Source: Octopus vulgaris
Taxonomy: Eukaryota
Assembly (NCBI GenBank): GCA_951406725.2
Contig: OX597820.1
Location: 88,660,001 to 88,724,000, forward strand
Length of the DNA stretch: 64,000 nt
Direction of reading: 5' to 3'
Shown here: positions 1 through 13,018 of the stretch, one piece after another
How positions within the stretch are numbered: the stretch's first letter is position 1
How the letters are laid out: every line of letters begins with the position of its first letter
Position numbers and translations under genes: made by a program
Notes under the pieces: model-generated
Seen by the model: only the letters and a program-made list of their open reading frames with translations
Told to the model about the DNA's origin: nothing
The model's database searches: none

Positions 1-432
1 AGACTCTAAGTCGTCGCTGTGAGCTATATAATTAGATTTGTTGTAGAGCAGTTAAGACACTGGGACAATCTGGCTTCTTTCTATATCATCATCTGCTCCA
101 TGGTGTGCGTGAGTGTATGTGGTTGTGTGTGTGTGTGTGCGAGGAGGAGGTGCGTGTGTATCAGAGTGTAGTATATATATATATATGCAGTTTGATCTTT
201 ACATTCTTTAACTCTCTCGGCCTGACTCGCTCTCTCTGTTTCTCTTTTCCACCCACTGTCTCCTCTTTCACTGAATATACACAATATACACGCATAACAA
301 AAACCCACTCACATAAGCATTCACCTATATACGCAAATATATATGCATATGTGTGTGTGTGAGTGTGTGTGTGTGTGTGTGTTTGTATGTGCGAGTATAT
401 ATATAACGCAAATAGCTTTATATATATATGTA

Positions 433-463
<31 letters not shown>

Positions 464-499
464 GCATTTATGTGTATGTGTGTATGTATGTATGGATGA

Positions 500-560
<61 letters not shown>

Positions 561-609
561 TAGACAGATATGCCTATCCTCTTTCGTTTCCTTCTCTATA
601 AACTCACCT

Positions 610-735
<126 letters not shown>

Positions 736-853
736 TTATATACATATACACATTCGGTAACAAGACACATGCGTTCCTCACAGTATGTGTGTTTGTGAAT
801 ATATAAATTTATATATAGATATATAAATATACACGTATACATACATACATGTG

Positions 854-894
<41 letters not shown>

Positions 895-1500
895 GCACAC
901 ACACAAAATTAATCTAGTTAACCTGCAGTTTATAATTGCTAAACTATTGATACGATGCAAATGTAAACACAACTTGTTATTCTCTTTGCCTAAAAAAGAA
1001 ATGAGATTATCCTAGCAACCCTCACCCTTCTGTTTTGAACATCTTGGCAATAATTACTATATATATCAGTCACAAACTAGAAATCAGATGAAAAGGCTAA
1101 ACTAATATGTATATCATGCATTAGTCAACAGCATGATTAAAGACTTAATAAATATTTTATGCATAAACATAAGTGCATTTGAAAATAGCAAGTAACTTTA
1201 ATGTAGTTACCCTACACTTCATAACGCTCGAGCTGCGGAAAGTAAACAAACGAAAATTCTTCTTGTTATCCCCATACGCAGAAAAAAATATATGTAGTCG
1301 GTAACCCGCCGTATATATACATCATAAGGTATGTCATAAAAGCCTTAACGAAACATTTTTCTCTAGAAATGCTCGAGTAATATCCATATGTTATGAATTT
1401 TTAGGGGTTACTAAAGAGTTAAAAAATAAACGGAAATATCCAATCTTTGCTTTGATATTATAAAAATATGTGTGATATAACTTCGCAATAAGTGTTCTGC

Positions 1501-1540
1501 TACAGAACGTTTCGAGAACTAAATCTCTCATCAGGCGGTA
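1501..1540 (-). ncRNA. Minimal hammerhead ribozyme-like motif (imperfect helix I)
   Basis: Minus strand reads taccgc-CTGATGA-GAGA tttagt TCTC-GAAA-CGTT-ctgta. The core is canonical, helix II is a perfect 4 bp and there is an AACGTT palindrome, but helix I pairs only partly. Confidence 0.45.
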
Positions 1541-1862
1541 TGTAAAAGACAGGCTCGCTCTGAGGCGAACAATATATATATTTTCAAGTGACATTTCTTT
1601 GACAATTGATCAGAAATCCTGTGCTGCGAAAGAAACAATTACATCGTCATTTTGACAATTACATGTCATTTTGACATTTAAAAATACATCGAAAACACTG
1701 TTATATTGTATTGTTATATTTTGGGATGGTTATTTTTTCCCTTCTTTCTTTCTTTCTTTCTTCTTTCTTTCTTTCTTTCTTTCTTTCTTCTTTTGCCAAA
1801 TAAACTCACGCACAAGATGCCCGTTCTTCATTGCAGCCTTATTATTAATCTTATTTAAAAAG

Positions 1863-2042
1863 AGGTAAGCTGGCAGAATCGTTAGCACACGGTGCAAATG
1901 CTTAGCGGTATTTCGTCCAACTTAATGTTCTGAGTTCAAATCCACCGAGGTTGACTTTGCCTTTTATCCTTTCGGTGTCAATAAAATAAGTACCACTTGA
2001 TCACTAGGGTCGATGTAATCGACTTGTCCCATCCCCCCAAAT
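1863..2042 (+). mobile_element. tRNA-derived SINE family C (Nin/Deu-domain-like)
   Basis: gagctggcagaatcgttagcac-type head, gagttcaaatcc B-box, ttgactttgccttttatcctttcgg..gataaaataagtacc body. Homologous to the copies at 21213 and 47762. Confidence 0.8.
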
Positions 2043-2282
2043 TCAGTAGAAAGATTAATTTTTCTCATTTTCGTGTCCTTTGTCTGAAATCTTTCATCAT
2101 GCATCCTGTGACCTCTTTATAAACAAGGGTACTAGACAGCACCAGTTTCGCTAGAAATAGGAGTCAAAAGTGACTCAATTAGCCACATCACTGAAAGTTA
2201 ACAAACTGACGAAATCGGGGGAGCGAGAAAAAATAGCCAACATACCAAAGCGAGAGACAATCGCAAATGAAATTGCTGATAT

Positions 2283-2339
2283 ACTCATATCACGTGATTT
2301 CGAACTCTGAAATAATTCTCTTAGTCCTCCTCAGTGGGT
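2283..2339 (-). ncRNA. Minimal type-I hammerhead ribozyme
   Basis: Minus strand: accca-CTGAGGA-GGACT...AGTTC-GAAA-TCACGTGA-TA-tgagt. Canonical core, 5-bp helix II, perfect palindromic helix III ATCACGTGAT, AUA triplet, helix I 4/5 paired. Confidence 0.65.
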
Positions 2340-2409
2340 CTTGCTGCTAGGGGCTAAACGGTTACTCGCCTCGTACAAGGTTGTTGAAACTGTTGAGGGT
2401 TTTTTTGCC

Positions 2410-2632
2410 TGTGTTTGTCCCCGACCACCGCTTGCCAACCGGTGTTGGTGTGTTTACATCTCCATAACTTAACGATTCGCCAAAAGAGAGACCGGTAGAA
2501 TAAATACCAGGCTTAAAGAAAAGCACAAAACAAACTTGAGTACTGAGTTCGATATATTCGACTAAAGGTTCTTCAAGGCGGTGCTTCAACATGGCCGCAG
2601 TCTAATGACTGAACCAAGTAAAAGAATAAAAA
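2410..2632 (+). mobile_element. SINE family A, 3' half
   Basis: tgtttgtcccc..caaccggtgttggtgtgtttac..aaggcggtgc..catggccgcagtc..actgaaccaagtaaaag tail. Confidence 0.8.
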
Positions 2633-3855
2633 ACAAAAGACCCAAATACATTCTGGAACTTAAATGGTGATATGTACAATTACAAGAGCAGTAGATGATG
2701 AAAATGTCGAGAGTGTTGAAAAAATGTTTGCCTTGTTTGGTTTCAGCTTTCTACGTTTCAAGTTGAAATGTGACTGAGCATAGCTTTACCTTTTACTTTT
2801 CGTCCTTCTAGTATCGGTAAAGTCTAGTGCCAGTTAAATACAGTGGTCTTTTCATCGACTATATTCATCCCCAAGTTTGACGCCTTGCACTTATTTAAGA
2901 AATAATTATTAGCAATTATAAATTCGATTGGTTCATTATAGAATACGGATAGAATATCATATATTAATGGACTGAGGTTGTGATCTCTGTCTCTTGGAAA
3001 TATATAGCACCTTATTACCTTATTACCATTTCAGAACGAAAGATCGGAATTGGTGATTGCTTGTTGACTCGTTCATTGATATTTATTGAAGGATTTCTGC
3101 TACACAGAGATCTTTTCAGTTTGGTTGCCACTTTTCAATTTCTTCAATTTTGTTCCAAACGATTTCAAATTTAGTGTGTGGATGTAGTTTTGCATGCTAA
3201 TTATTGACAGGAAATTTATTTTCATCATGAATTCATAAACAGTTAATAGCTTTTAAAATCTGCACATTTTTTGTAATTTTAGTCCATTGAAAGCTACAGA
3301 CATATAGATGCCTGCTTCCATAGTAACAAGCCAAGCATTGGCACTCTCCTGTAAAGCCATATGTGTTTACGAAAAAAAAAAAAAAGAAAAAAGTGTGCTG
3401 TTTACTGTTTTTTCGAACTGGACTACAGTTTGTTTTTTCCGCTCTCAAAACTATAAAATGTGTTAATTCTATTCTTTTTCTTTGCATTAAATGCATATTG
3501 AATGCTTAAAACTAGAAAATATTGGCTATTTACTCACTTTTTTGTTCATTTTTCGCTTATCAGCTGCTTAATACCCGTGCTATCGTTGTAATGTTGACAT
3601 TATTGTTTTGTCGCGTTACCATTGCAGTCACCCACAAAATGATAGCTTTCAGATCCTCTTCTCTGATTAGGTAAAAATGATCAAACTTTAAACCGATGTA
3701 ACTTTTGTAAAAAAATTTTTGGAACAAGAGAATTAGGCCCTGAGATTCAGCGTAGAAAATTACATCAATGCATCAAAATTTGAAAATCTTCACTTTATTT
3801 TAAAATTTCAAAAAGCCAAACAGAAAAGATCCCCAAACTCTAATAAACTGTCATA

Positions 3856-4050
<195 letters not shown>

Positions 4051-4051
<1 letters not shown>

Positions 4052-5239
4052 CTACTATAAAATAACCACCATAGGACTGCAAAAATATCTACTTCAGAAG
4101 GAAGGAAAACTGATCCAGATAGCAGCAAAACACGAGCAAAACAAAAAACTGTTCTCAGTATTTAAGGAAGCTGACAAATACAAACAAGAAATCATACCAC
4201 CTAATAAACATGAAGAAGAAGAAGAAGAAGAAGAAGAAGAAGAAGAAGAAGAAGAAGAAGAAGAAGAAGAAGAAGAAGAAGAAGAAGAAGAAGAAGAAGA
4301 AGATGAAGAAACAACAAAAGCTATAAAACAAATGAAATCCAAACTAAAAATAGAACAGCAACGAACCATGATAAAACGATGGCAAGAAAAGCCCCTTCAT
4401 GGTAAATACTGGACTAAACTAAACGCAAAAGAAATAGACAAAGAAAAATCCCAGCAATGGTTGAGAAGCTCAGGACTCAAAGCAGAAACAGAGGGATTTT
4501 TAATTGCAGCACAAGACCAAAGCCTCCCCACCAGAAATTACCAAAAACATGTAATGAAAAGAAATATTACAAGTAACTGCAGAATATGTGGAGATGGACA
4601 AGAAACAATAAATCATATTATCTCTAGCTGCCCAGTCCTGGCTAAGAAGGAATATATTCAGACATGAGAGAGTTGGAACCTACATACATTGGAAGCTATG
4701 CCAACATTATGGAATAACAACAGAAAAAAGATGGTATAGGCACACACCAGAAAAGGTCACAGAAAACGAGAAAGCAACCATACTCTGGGATATGCCGATA
4801 CACACAGATAGAGAAATTAAGGCCAACAGACCAGATATAGTTATCAGAGATCATGAAGGAAAAAAATGCTTTCTAATTGATGTATCAATACCGGCAGATG
4901 ACAACGTGTCTCTAAAAGAAATGGAGAAACTCTCAAAATACAAAGACCTGGAAATAGAGGTAACTAGAATGTGGAATCTGAAAACAGAAACAATTCCTAT
5001 CATAGTAGGTGCATTAGGCATGATAAAATAATATTCAGACAAATACATAACAAAAACACCAGGACTTACAAACACATATAACATACAGAAAATTGCACTA
5101 CTAGGCACCGCACACATCCTACGCAGAACACTTTCCATACAATAACCATCAGAGCATCACAACAAATCACAGCACATACCCAAGGCACACAGAGCTGCGC
5201 TCGGTAGTGAAGTGAAAGCACGCTATAAAAATAAAACTA

Positions 5240-5243
<4 letters not shown>
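4051..5243 (+). mobile_element. 5'-truncated R4/Dong-type non-LTR retrotransposon with restriction-like endonuclease, disrupted ORF
   Basis: Translation gives LHGKY..ETEGFLIAAQDQSLPTRNY, a CCHC knuckle (CRICG..ETINHIISSC) and RLE motifs (RPDIVI..IDVSIP..EKLSKYKDLE..PIIVGALG). Frameshift near 4660, premature TAA at 5029, terminal TAA at 5143-5145. Flanked by (TAA)n on both sides, as known for Dong elements. Confidence 0.9.
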
Positions 5244-5321
<78 letters not shown>

Positions 5322-5330
5322 GTAATAATA

Positions 5331-5527
5331 ATGGTTTCAAATTTTGTCACAAGGGCAGCAATTTCGTGGGAAGGGATGAGTCGATTACATTGACCCCAGT
5401 GTTTAACTGGTACTTATTTTATCGACCTCGAAAGGATGAAAAGCAAAGTCGACCTCAGCGGATTTTGAACTCAGAACGAAGCGTCCGGTTAAATACCGCG
5501 TGCTAACGAGTCTGCCAGCTCACCTCC
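5331..5527 (-). mobile_element. SINE family C
   Basis: Reverse complement of the family C head and body (ctgccagctcacc; aggatgaaaagcaaagtcgacctc). Confidence 0.8.
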
Positions 5528-5584
<57 letters not shown>

Positions 5585-5613
5585 CCCTGATGAAATAATA
5601 CCCTGACGAAATC

Positions 5614-5990
5614 GGGCTATGTGGTAAGAAGTTTGCTTCCCAACCACAAGGTTCCAGGTTCATCCCCACTGTGTGACACCTTCTACTATAACCTCGGGCC
5701 GACCAAAGCCTTATGAGTAGATTTGATAGACAGTAACTGAAAGAAGCCCTTAGTATATGTGTGTGTGTGTGAGAGTGTGTGTGGTTTGTGCCTGCGTTTG
5801 TCCCACCACCACTTGACAACTGCTGTTGGTCTGTTAACGTCCTTGTGACTTAGCGTTCAGCAAAAGAACCGATAGAATAAGTACCAAACTCCAAAAATAA
5901 GTACCGGGACCGATTCGTACGACAAAACCCTTCAAGGTGGTGTCGCAGCATTGCTGCAGTCTAATGATTGAAACAAGTAAAAGATAAAAG
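5614..5990 (+). mobile_element. tRNA-derived SINE family A with internal (TG)n
   Basis: gtggtaagaagtttgcttcccaaccac head, ggccgaccaaagcctt body, internal microsatellite, gaaacaagtaaaag tail. Confidence 0.8.
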
Positions 5991-6027
5991 ATATATATGT
6001 GTATAAACATATAACAGTATGTATTTG

Positions 6028-6064
<37 letters not shown>

Positions 6065-6090
6065 TTATATATATAATGTGTGTGTGTGTG

Positions 6091-6121
<31 letters not shown>

Positions 6122-7577
6122 AGGTGTGTGTGTGTGCATATACCCTTGCTGTTGAATGACGTCTCAGCAGTATGGCGCTATATCGAGCATATTACAATTT
6201 CAGGCTTCGTTAAGTCCTCAACTAAAAAGGACTTTGGGGCGCAGAGCTTTATACTTACATGCAGGCATGCATGCATACATAGCTACACACATACCTACAT
6301 CATACATATAAGTATGTGAGTATATGTATATCTATACAATCGTATATATGCATGTATCTGTGTATTTGTGTGATATATATGCGTATTGTATACATTCATA
6401 TCCATATTAAAACTAACGCATGCATATATGTACATATGTGTGTGTACATGTAAATATATACACCCAGATTTGAAATACCCACCAAACAGACGAAGCATGT
6501 AAAAATATGCGTCAGGAAATTAAGTGGCTCAAAGTGCAAGAGCCTGCCATATAGGACAGAAATGAACGACACGAATTAGAACATGTCACAAAATGTGTGC
6601 TTCTTAGCTGTATAGTACCATTCCCATTCATCCTATTTTGTCTAGGAGGCGAGGACAGCACTAATAAGCCCCTGTTTTTTTCAGGGCCTCCGTGACTGTT
6701 GGAAGAGCTTACTTTTAAACAGGAAACTTGGCTCGAACGGTTGCAATAGCTGAACTGCACTAAACATTTTGAAAGACGATGTGGTGGAGTTAAGATGGCG
6801 GCTAATTTAGTTTAATGAGCGCAGAACGCAAACAGCCGGCGCTTTAACAAATCCGCTCGTTCTGAGCACTGGACTGATTCTTTATTTTATTGGTTCCGAA
6901 AGGATGAGAGGTTGAGGCGTCTTGGGTGTGATTTGATCTCAGAGACCAAGGAATCGAAGCAAATCCTGCAAGAAATTCTGTTCTACGTTCTAACGACTCT
7001 GACAGTTTTCCGCCATATGTGGATCAGAACGTGTGAAAAGACTAGCATTTCAGCATTTAGCAAAGCAAGAAAAGGAATCTGGAAGAGGCAGGGTATCAGT
7101 CAACCGCTCGATGTTTTGACTATACGACACCCTTATTTTCCAACTCGCTTCCTACACCTTGAAAAAACAGATATTCACACATGAAGATCACTCAGGCCAA
7201 AAGCTTTTTAGATGTTGCGATCTGTATTAGAAATATATTTGCGGAACAGGTGTAGAACTATATCCATATGAAAAGCCCTGCACATGAAAGATACTATTAA
7301 CGATATATTAAGAAGGAAAAGACTAAAGTAGTTCAATAATGTAATCAAAAGAATGCCCAGTGAATACGTATTGTTGAGGCTCCGCATAGAAGTCATAAAT
7401 TTCAACCCATGTGGTTGAAATTTCAACCCATTTGGTAGACAAAAATGTGAACGTTTCATGGCTGTGAATACAACACGAAAGAGCAGAGCATCCAATTGAA
7501 ACAGTTCAGAGTGGTCCAGCTAACAGAAGAGAAAGTGAGAGTCTAAACAGAACTGAGTCACAACAATCAAAATAATA

Positions 7578-8243
7578 TAGGAGTGGCTGTGTGGTAAGTA
7601 GCTTGCTTACCAACCATATGGCTCCGGATTCAGTCCCAATGCCACCTTGGGCAAGTGCCTTCTACTATATCCTCGAGCCGAGCAAAGCCTCGTGAGTGGA
7701 CCTGGTAGACGGAAACTGAAAGAAGCCCGTCGTATGTATATATATGTAAGTATGTATGTGTATGTGTTTGTCACCCCAGCATCGCTTGACATCTGATAGT
7801 GGTGTGTTTACGTCCCCGTAACCTAGCGATTCGGCAAAAGATACCCGGATGGAATAATTACTAGGCTTACAAAGAATAAGTCCTCAGGTCGATGTGCTCG
7901 ACTAAAGGTGGTGCTCCAGTGTGGCCGCAGTCAAATGACTGAAACAAATAAAAGAATAAAAGTATATATGTGTGTGTGTGTGTGTGTTTTGTGTTTGTAT
8001 GGGTGTGTGTATACATCTATATGTGTGTGTCTTTGTGTCTGTGTTTATCCCCCATCACCACTTGACAACCGGTGTTGGTGTGTTTTCGTACCCGTATCAT
8101 AGTGGTTCGGCAAAAGAGCCCGACAGAATAAGTAGTAGGCTTAAGATATAAGCCCTAGGATCGATTTGTTCAACTAAAACCTTCCAAGGCGGTGCTCCAG
8201 CATGGCCACGGTCAAATGACTGAAACAAATAAAGGAATAAAAG
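7578..8243 (+). mobile_element. SINE family A, full copy (7578-7961) plus a second 3' half (8031-8243)
   Basis: ggagtggctgtgtggtaagtagcttgc head, ccttgggcaagt CORE-like motif, two tandem tails. Confidence 0.85.
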
Positions 8244-8700
8244 AACACATACATATATATATATATATATTGGTGTGTATGTGTATACATATGCGCTATA
8301 TAATAAGTAAGGTCTGTGTGGCTGGATAGTTAAAAACATCATCGCTTCACAACCATGAGTTTCAGGCTCGATATACATGCACACATAGATTCATGTATGT
8401 TTGAATGTATGTAGAATGCTATTAAATAACCCCACCCATTGGATAAAGTTAGAGTACAACATTTGCGTACTCTGTTTCTTTACTGACTCTAGTATTCTCT
8501 GGTTGATGGCAAACTTCTGAAAGAATTACTCAGATTTGATACTCATAAAAGTATTAAGATTGAAATTTTATTTTATTTTGGTGCTGCTATAACAAATGCT
8601 GTCAGCTGCCCATTTAACTAAATAGACGACGTCTACATCTAATAGACTATTTCTGCCCATTTAACAGAAGGGACTACATCTATTTCTGTTAAAAAGCAGA

Positions 8701-9094
8701 AAGCTGGCACTATCGTTAGCTCGCGAGGCCAAATGCTTAGCACTGACTCTTTCATCTTTAAGTTCTGAGTTCAAATTCCACCGAGGTCAACTTTGCCTTT
8801 CATCTTTTGGGGTCGATAAAATAAGTGTTATTTGAGCACTGGGATCGATGTAATCGGCTTACCCACACCATCGAAATTGCTGGCCTTGTGGCAAATTTTC
8901 AAACCAATAGTAAAATAATCTATATTGGTTTCACATTTTGGCTCAAGGTTAGTAATTTCGAGATTAGGGATAAGTTTATTACATCAATCCCAGTGCTTAA
9001 CTGGTGCTTATTTTAGCAACCCGAAAGGATGAAAAGCAAAGTCGACTTCGGCGGAACTTGAACTCGCGTGCAAACGATTCTGCCAGCTTGCCGC
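8701..9094. mobile_element. Two SINE family C copies tail-to-tail (8701-8906 +, 8925-9094 -)
   Basis: gtcaactttgcctttcatc on the plus strand and aggatgaaaagcaaagtcgac (reverse), about 20 bp apart. Confidence 0.75.
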
Positions 9095-10045
9095 TTTACT
9101 ACAAAATTCTATATCAAAATGTAATGTATCTAGTCAACATTCATTGGTTCACAGATATCGTTATTGCCCTGTCATATACAGGAGCAATACTAAAATCACA
9201 ACAGAGAAATGGAAAATATGCTTTCTGTATTTCAGAAAACCATTATTTGACAACAGCATGGCTAAAACATATTTGACAACAGTATGGTTTTAAATATATA
9301 GCTCTCACAATTGGAAATATCCATGATAATTGGAAAATCTAACTCGAACTTCTTAATTACGCATTTCGTAATTTACAACATCGTCTAATGTCGGTAAACA
9401 GAAAGTGGATTATCGATTATAATGAATCTCGAAGGCTGTAGGCCCATTAAACTTGTGTTTATTCTGGTTTTCGTGATATTCATGCGACTGGGTTTTGGAC
9501 GGCAATCTTAGTAAATCGGATGTCATTTTGTGGCAAGATTAATCTGTAGCTGGCACTGGATATTTCTCAGTTGAGTAAAATGAACCTACGTGAGATGAAG
9601 TGTCTCGCCTAAGGATACATCGAGTCGCCCAGACTGAGACTTGAACTCAATGACTTAACGATACAAAGCCCAGTATCCACATAGCCGTGCGCTTTCGTAG
9701 TTATATATATGAATGAGAGCCTAAAGCAAATTTTTCTTATAGAGTTATTTGCGTTAAATTGACCAATCATTTCAAGAAACACCTTCTTATTTTGGTCGCG
9801 TCTAAATAAATTTGTCCAGGCGTTATGAAAACTAATCAATCGTACGATGCTGGGAAATTGAAATGAAATTGTCAACACGACATAGCAAATATGAAGATAT
9901 TACCTTGTATGTCATTAATCATTTATATGATCAACCTGTCATAATTAAGCCACACGAAAAAGTGTGATGTGTTTGTCTTCACGGTGAAAATCCAACACTC
10001 AATTATGCATTAGATCAGCTGTTCGTGCTAAAGAAGTCAGACAAC

Positions 10046-10141
10046 TACTTAGCGGCACAATGACATCGATCAACGATATTAATAGTATTTCAGTACTTAG
10101 CGGCACAATGACATCGATCAACGATACTAATAGTATATCAG
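10046..10141. repeat. 48-bp tandem duplication
   Basis: tacttagcggcacaatgacatcgatcaacgata[t/c]taatagtat[t/a]tcag occurs twice. Confidence 0.9.
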
Positions 10142-10891
10142 CAATTTATTTGTACTACATAAAAAATAATACCTATAAAACTGCTTGTGGTCAAAATTCA
10201 AAGTCTTATGATGGATTAAGTCTCCACCAACGACGAATCATAACTTTCTAGCCGCCTATGATCTATGTCTGCGATGGATGATAAGTCTTACTCGTGATCC
10301 AGAGCACCTTTTTATTTCAGAACAGATTTGCTGAATAAGTGTAGAGGACGATGATGATAGTGGAGGTGACTTGCGAGCGATAGTATTACGCCTGAGCGAG
10401 CAACCTTTCTGTGCGGTATCATTCAAAGTAAGCGATACCTTCGTGGCAGATCCTTGCCATCGTATTCGGTTGCTGACTTGCGTTACCCATATTGTAGGAT
10501 CGATCTGACACAACTTCACAGTGGCTTTTGGGATATCTTTGTATCACTTATAAAGCCTACCCTGTGAACAGTGACCTTTGTCCTGCTAGGTGAATAGCAT
10601 AGCCTTGCCAATACGCACGTCGAAGATAAGCGACATGTATCCGGCTGAGATCCATATAGAATCGGATCATGATGCTACTTTCACATTGCTTGGAGGAATC
10701 ACTGCAGGTAAAAAAAAAAAAAACAAGAAAAAAAAACAATAGAAACCTATATTAAACGGAAGGAGTACTATGAAATAACTCTGCTTTGTGCCATTGATGA
10801 TGGAAAAGAGGTCATAAATGGAACCCGAAATGGTGCTGCTGGCGATGATTCTATCATATGTAAATGATTTAGAAATAACATTTAATCGATT

Positions 10892-11279
10892 GTGGAGGCG
10901 CAATGGCCCAGTGGTTAGGGCAGCGGACTCGCGGTCGTAGGATCGCGGTTTCGATTCCCAGATCGGGCGTTGTGAGTGTTTATTGAGCGAAAACACCTAA
11001 AGCTCCACGAGGCTCCGGCAGGGATGGTGGTGATCCCTGCTGTACTCTTTCACCACAACTTTCTCTCACTCTTACTTCCTGTTTCTGTTGTACCTGTATT
11101 TCAAAGGGCCGGCTTTGTCACTCTCTGTGTCACGCTGAATATCCCCGAGAACTACGTTATGAGTACACGTGTCTGTGGAGTGCTCAGCCACTTACACGTT
11201 AATTTCACGAGCAGGCTGTTCCGATGATCGGATCAACCGGAACCCTCGTCGTCGTAACCGACGGAGTGCTTCCATATAT
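10892..11279 (+). mobile_element. tRNA(Arg)-like SINE family B, full length with 12-bp TSD
   Basis: ggcgcaatggcccagtggttagggcagcggactcgcgg..ggtttcgattccc head (A/B boxes). TSD atttaatcgatt at 10880-10891 and 11280-11291. Resembles the octopus OR-type SINEs (from memory, not searched). Confidence 0.9.
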
Positions 11280-11616
11280 ATTTAATCGATTAAAAGATTA
11301 TGGCTTAAAGTGTCATGAAGTAAAATTCAATTTTTTAAAGTCAATTATCTTGGCAATACCATTAGCACATTTGGCAAAGATTATCCGGAAAAATACCAAT
11401 ACTATTTTAAAATTATCGATTTCAAAATATGCCAATGAAGTTTTAGCATTTGTTTCGAAAGTAAGATATTACACATTCATGAAGAAGTTGGCAAACTTTA
11501 CAGTACTATTGCATAATTTAACGAACGAAATGGGCGACTTAGATGGTTAGATGATTGTCAACAGGGTCTTGATATGTGGAAACGACACGCTTTGCAATGA
11601 AAGTGCTGTTTATTTT

Positions 11617-11958
11617 GGCTGCGCATGGCTCAGTGGTTAGAGCGTCGAGCTTACGATCGTGAGGTTGTGAGCTCGAATCCCGGACCGGGCTGCGTGTTGT
11701 GTTCTTGAGCAAGGCACTTTATTTCACGTTGCTCCAGTTCACTCAGCTGTAGAAATGAGTTGCGACGTCACTGGTTCCAAGCTGTATCGACCTTTGTCTT
11801 TCCCTTGGATAACACTGGTGGCGTGGAGAGAGGAGGCTGGTATGCATGGGCGACTGCTGGTCTTCCATAAACAACCTTGCCCGGACTTGTGTCTAGGAGG
11901 GTAACTTTCTAGGTGCAATCCCATGGTCATTCATGACCGAAGGGGGTCTTTACCCTTT
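11617..11958 (+). mobile_element. tRNA-derived SINE family D
   Basis: tggctcagtggttagagcg A-box, gctcgaatccc B-box, gtgttcttgagcaaggcacttt..ttgctccagttcactcagctgt conserved-domain-like body. Confidence 0.8.
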
Positions 11959-12099
11959 AGATATATTGCCAGTTGGTGTTTGAGTTTTTCTGTTACAGCA
12001 TAAAAATGGAGTTGACAATATCCAGAAACAGATAATAAAGAAGGATAATCTATCTATTATATCTGGTCTTGATAAATTTAATCAAATCTTAATCTCTTA

Positions 12100-12495
12100 T
12101 TTTAACTTGTTTCAGTCATTGGAGGGCGGCCATGCTGGAGTGCCTTGGAGAATTTTTAGTCGAATCACTCGACATCAGTAATTATTCTTTGTTGAGCCTG
12201 GGGCTTATTTTATTGGTCTCTCTTGCCGAACTGCTAAGTTATGGGGACACAAACACACCAACACCGGTTTTCAAGCGGTACTGGGGAACAACGACAAACT
12301 CAAACAAACACACACACACACAACAAATATGCAACGGGCTTCTTTTAGTTTCCGTCTACCAAATCCACTCACAAAGCTTTGGTCGGCTCGAAACAATAGC
12401 AGGAAACACTTGCCCAAGGAGCCACACATTGGGACTGAACCCGGAACCATGTGGTTGGGAAGCAAACTTCTTACCACACAGTCACGCCTGCGCCT
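12100..12495 (-). mobile_element. SINE family A
   Basis: Reverse complement of the head (cacgcctgcgcct) and tail (cttgtttcagtcatt). Confidence 0.85.
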
Positions 12496-12808
12496 AATGG
12501 ACTATTCACCGATCACAAGCTGCATATACACATATTCACATTGAATAAAAATATACCCGATATACTGGTCGTTACGTCTCAACGTTTGTTGCACTGGATG
12601 ATATTGCTGACATCACACAACTGGATGATATTGCTAACATCATACAATACGGGATACAATCTTCTAGATTCGGAAAACATCAAATTATTGGTGGAAGGGT
12701 TAAGTAATAGAAAGGGTCACGATGATGATATCGATATTATTTCAATTAAACAATTTTTCGATAATGATTAGCCAGAAATTCTGAATATTGAAGTCGAACA
12801 ACTAAGAC

Positions 12809-13018
12809 ATTGGTTTCAAATTTTGGTACAAGGCCAGTAAATTCGGAGTATGGGGCTAGTATTCATTCCAGTATTCAACTGGTACATATTTTATCGACCC
12901 CGAAAGGATGAAAGGTAAAGTCAACCTCGGTGGCGGTTTGAGCTTAGAACGTAAAGACGGTCGAAATTCTACTAAGCATTTTGACCGGCAGGTTAACCTT
13001 CCTACCAGCTCATCGCCA
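12809..13018 (-). mobile_element. SINE family C
   Basis: Reverse family C body; possible TSD caactaaga on both sides. Confidence 0.75.

Noticed and set aside
1-115. Possible plus-strand exon ending ATGGTGTGC|gtgagt
   Set aside because: Lies at the window edge, has a stop at 7-9 in the open frame and no recognisable peptide, and the donor-like GTGAGT merges into (TG)n.
5583-5617. gccCTGATGA..GAAATCgggc hammerhead-like string
   Set aside because: No helix II pairing and no room for helix III; likely a junction coincidence.
10892-11700. tRNA genes at the SINE heads (10895, 11620 and others)
   Set aside because: A/B boxes are present, but they run into SINE bodies, with TSDs in some copies and no clean cloverleaf end; treated as SINEs.
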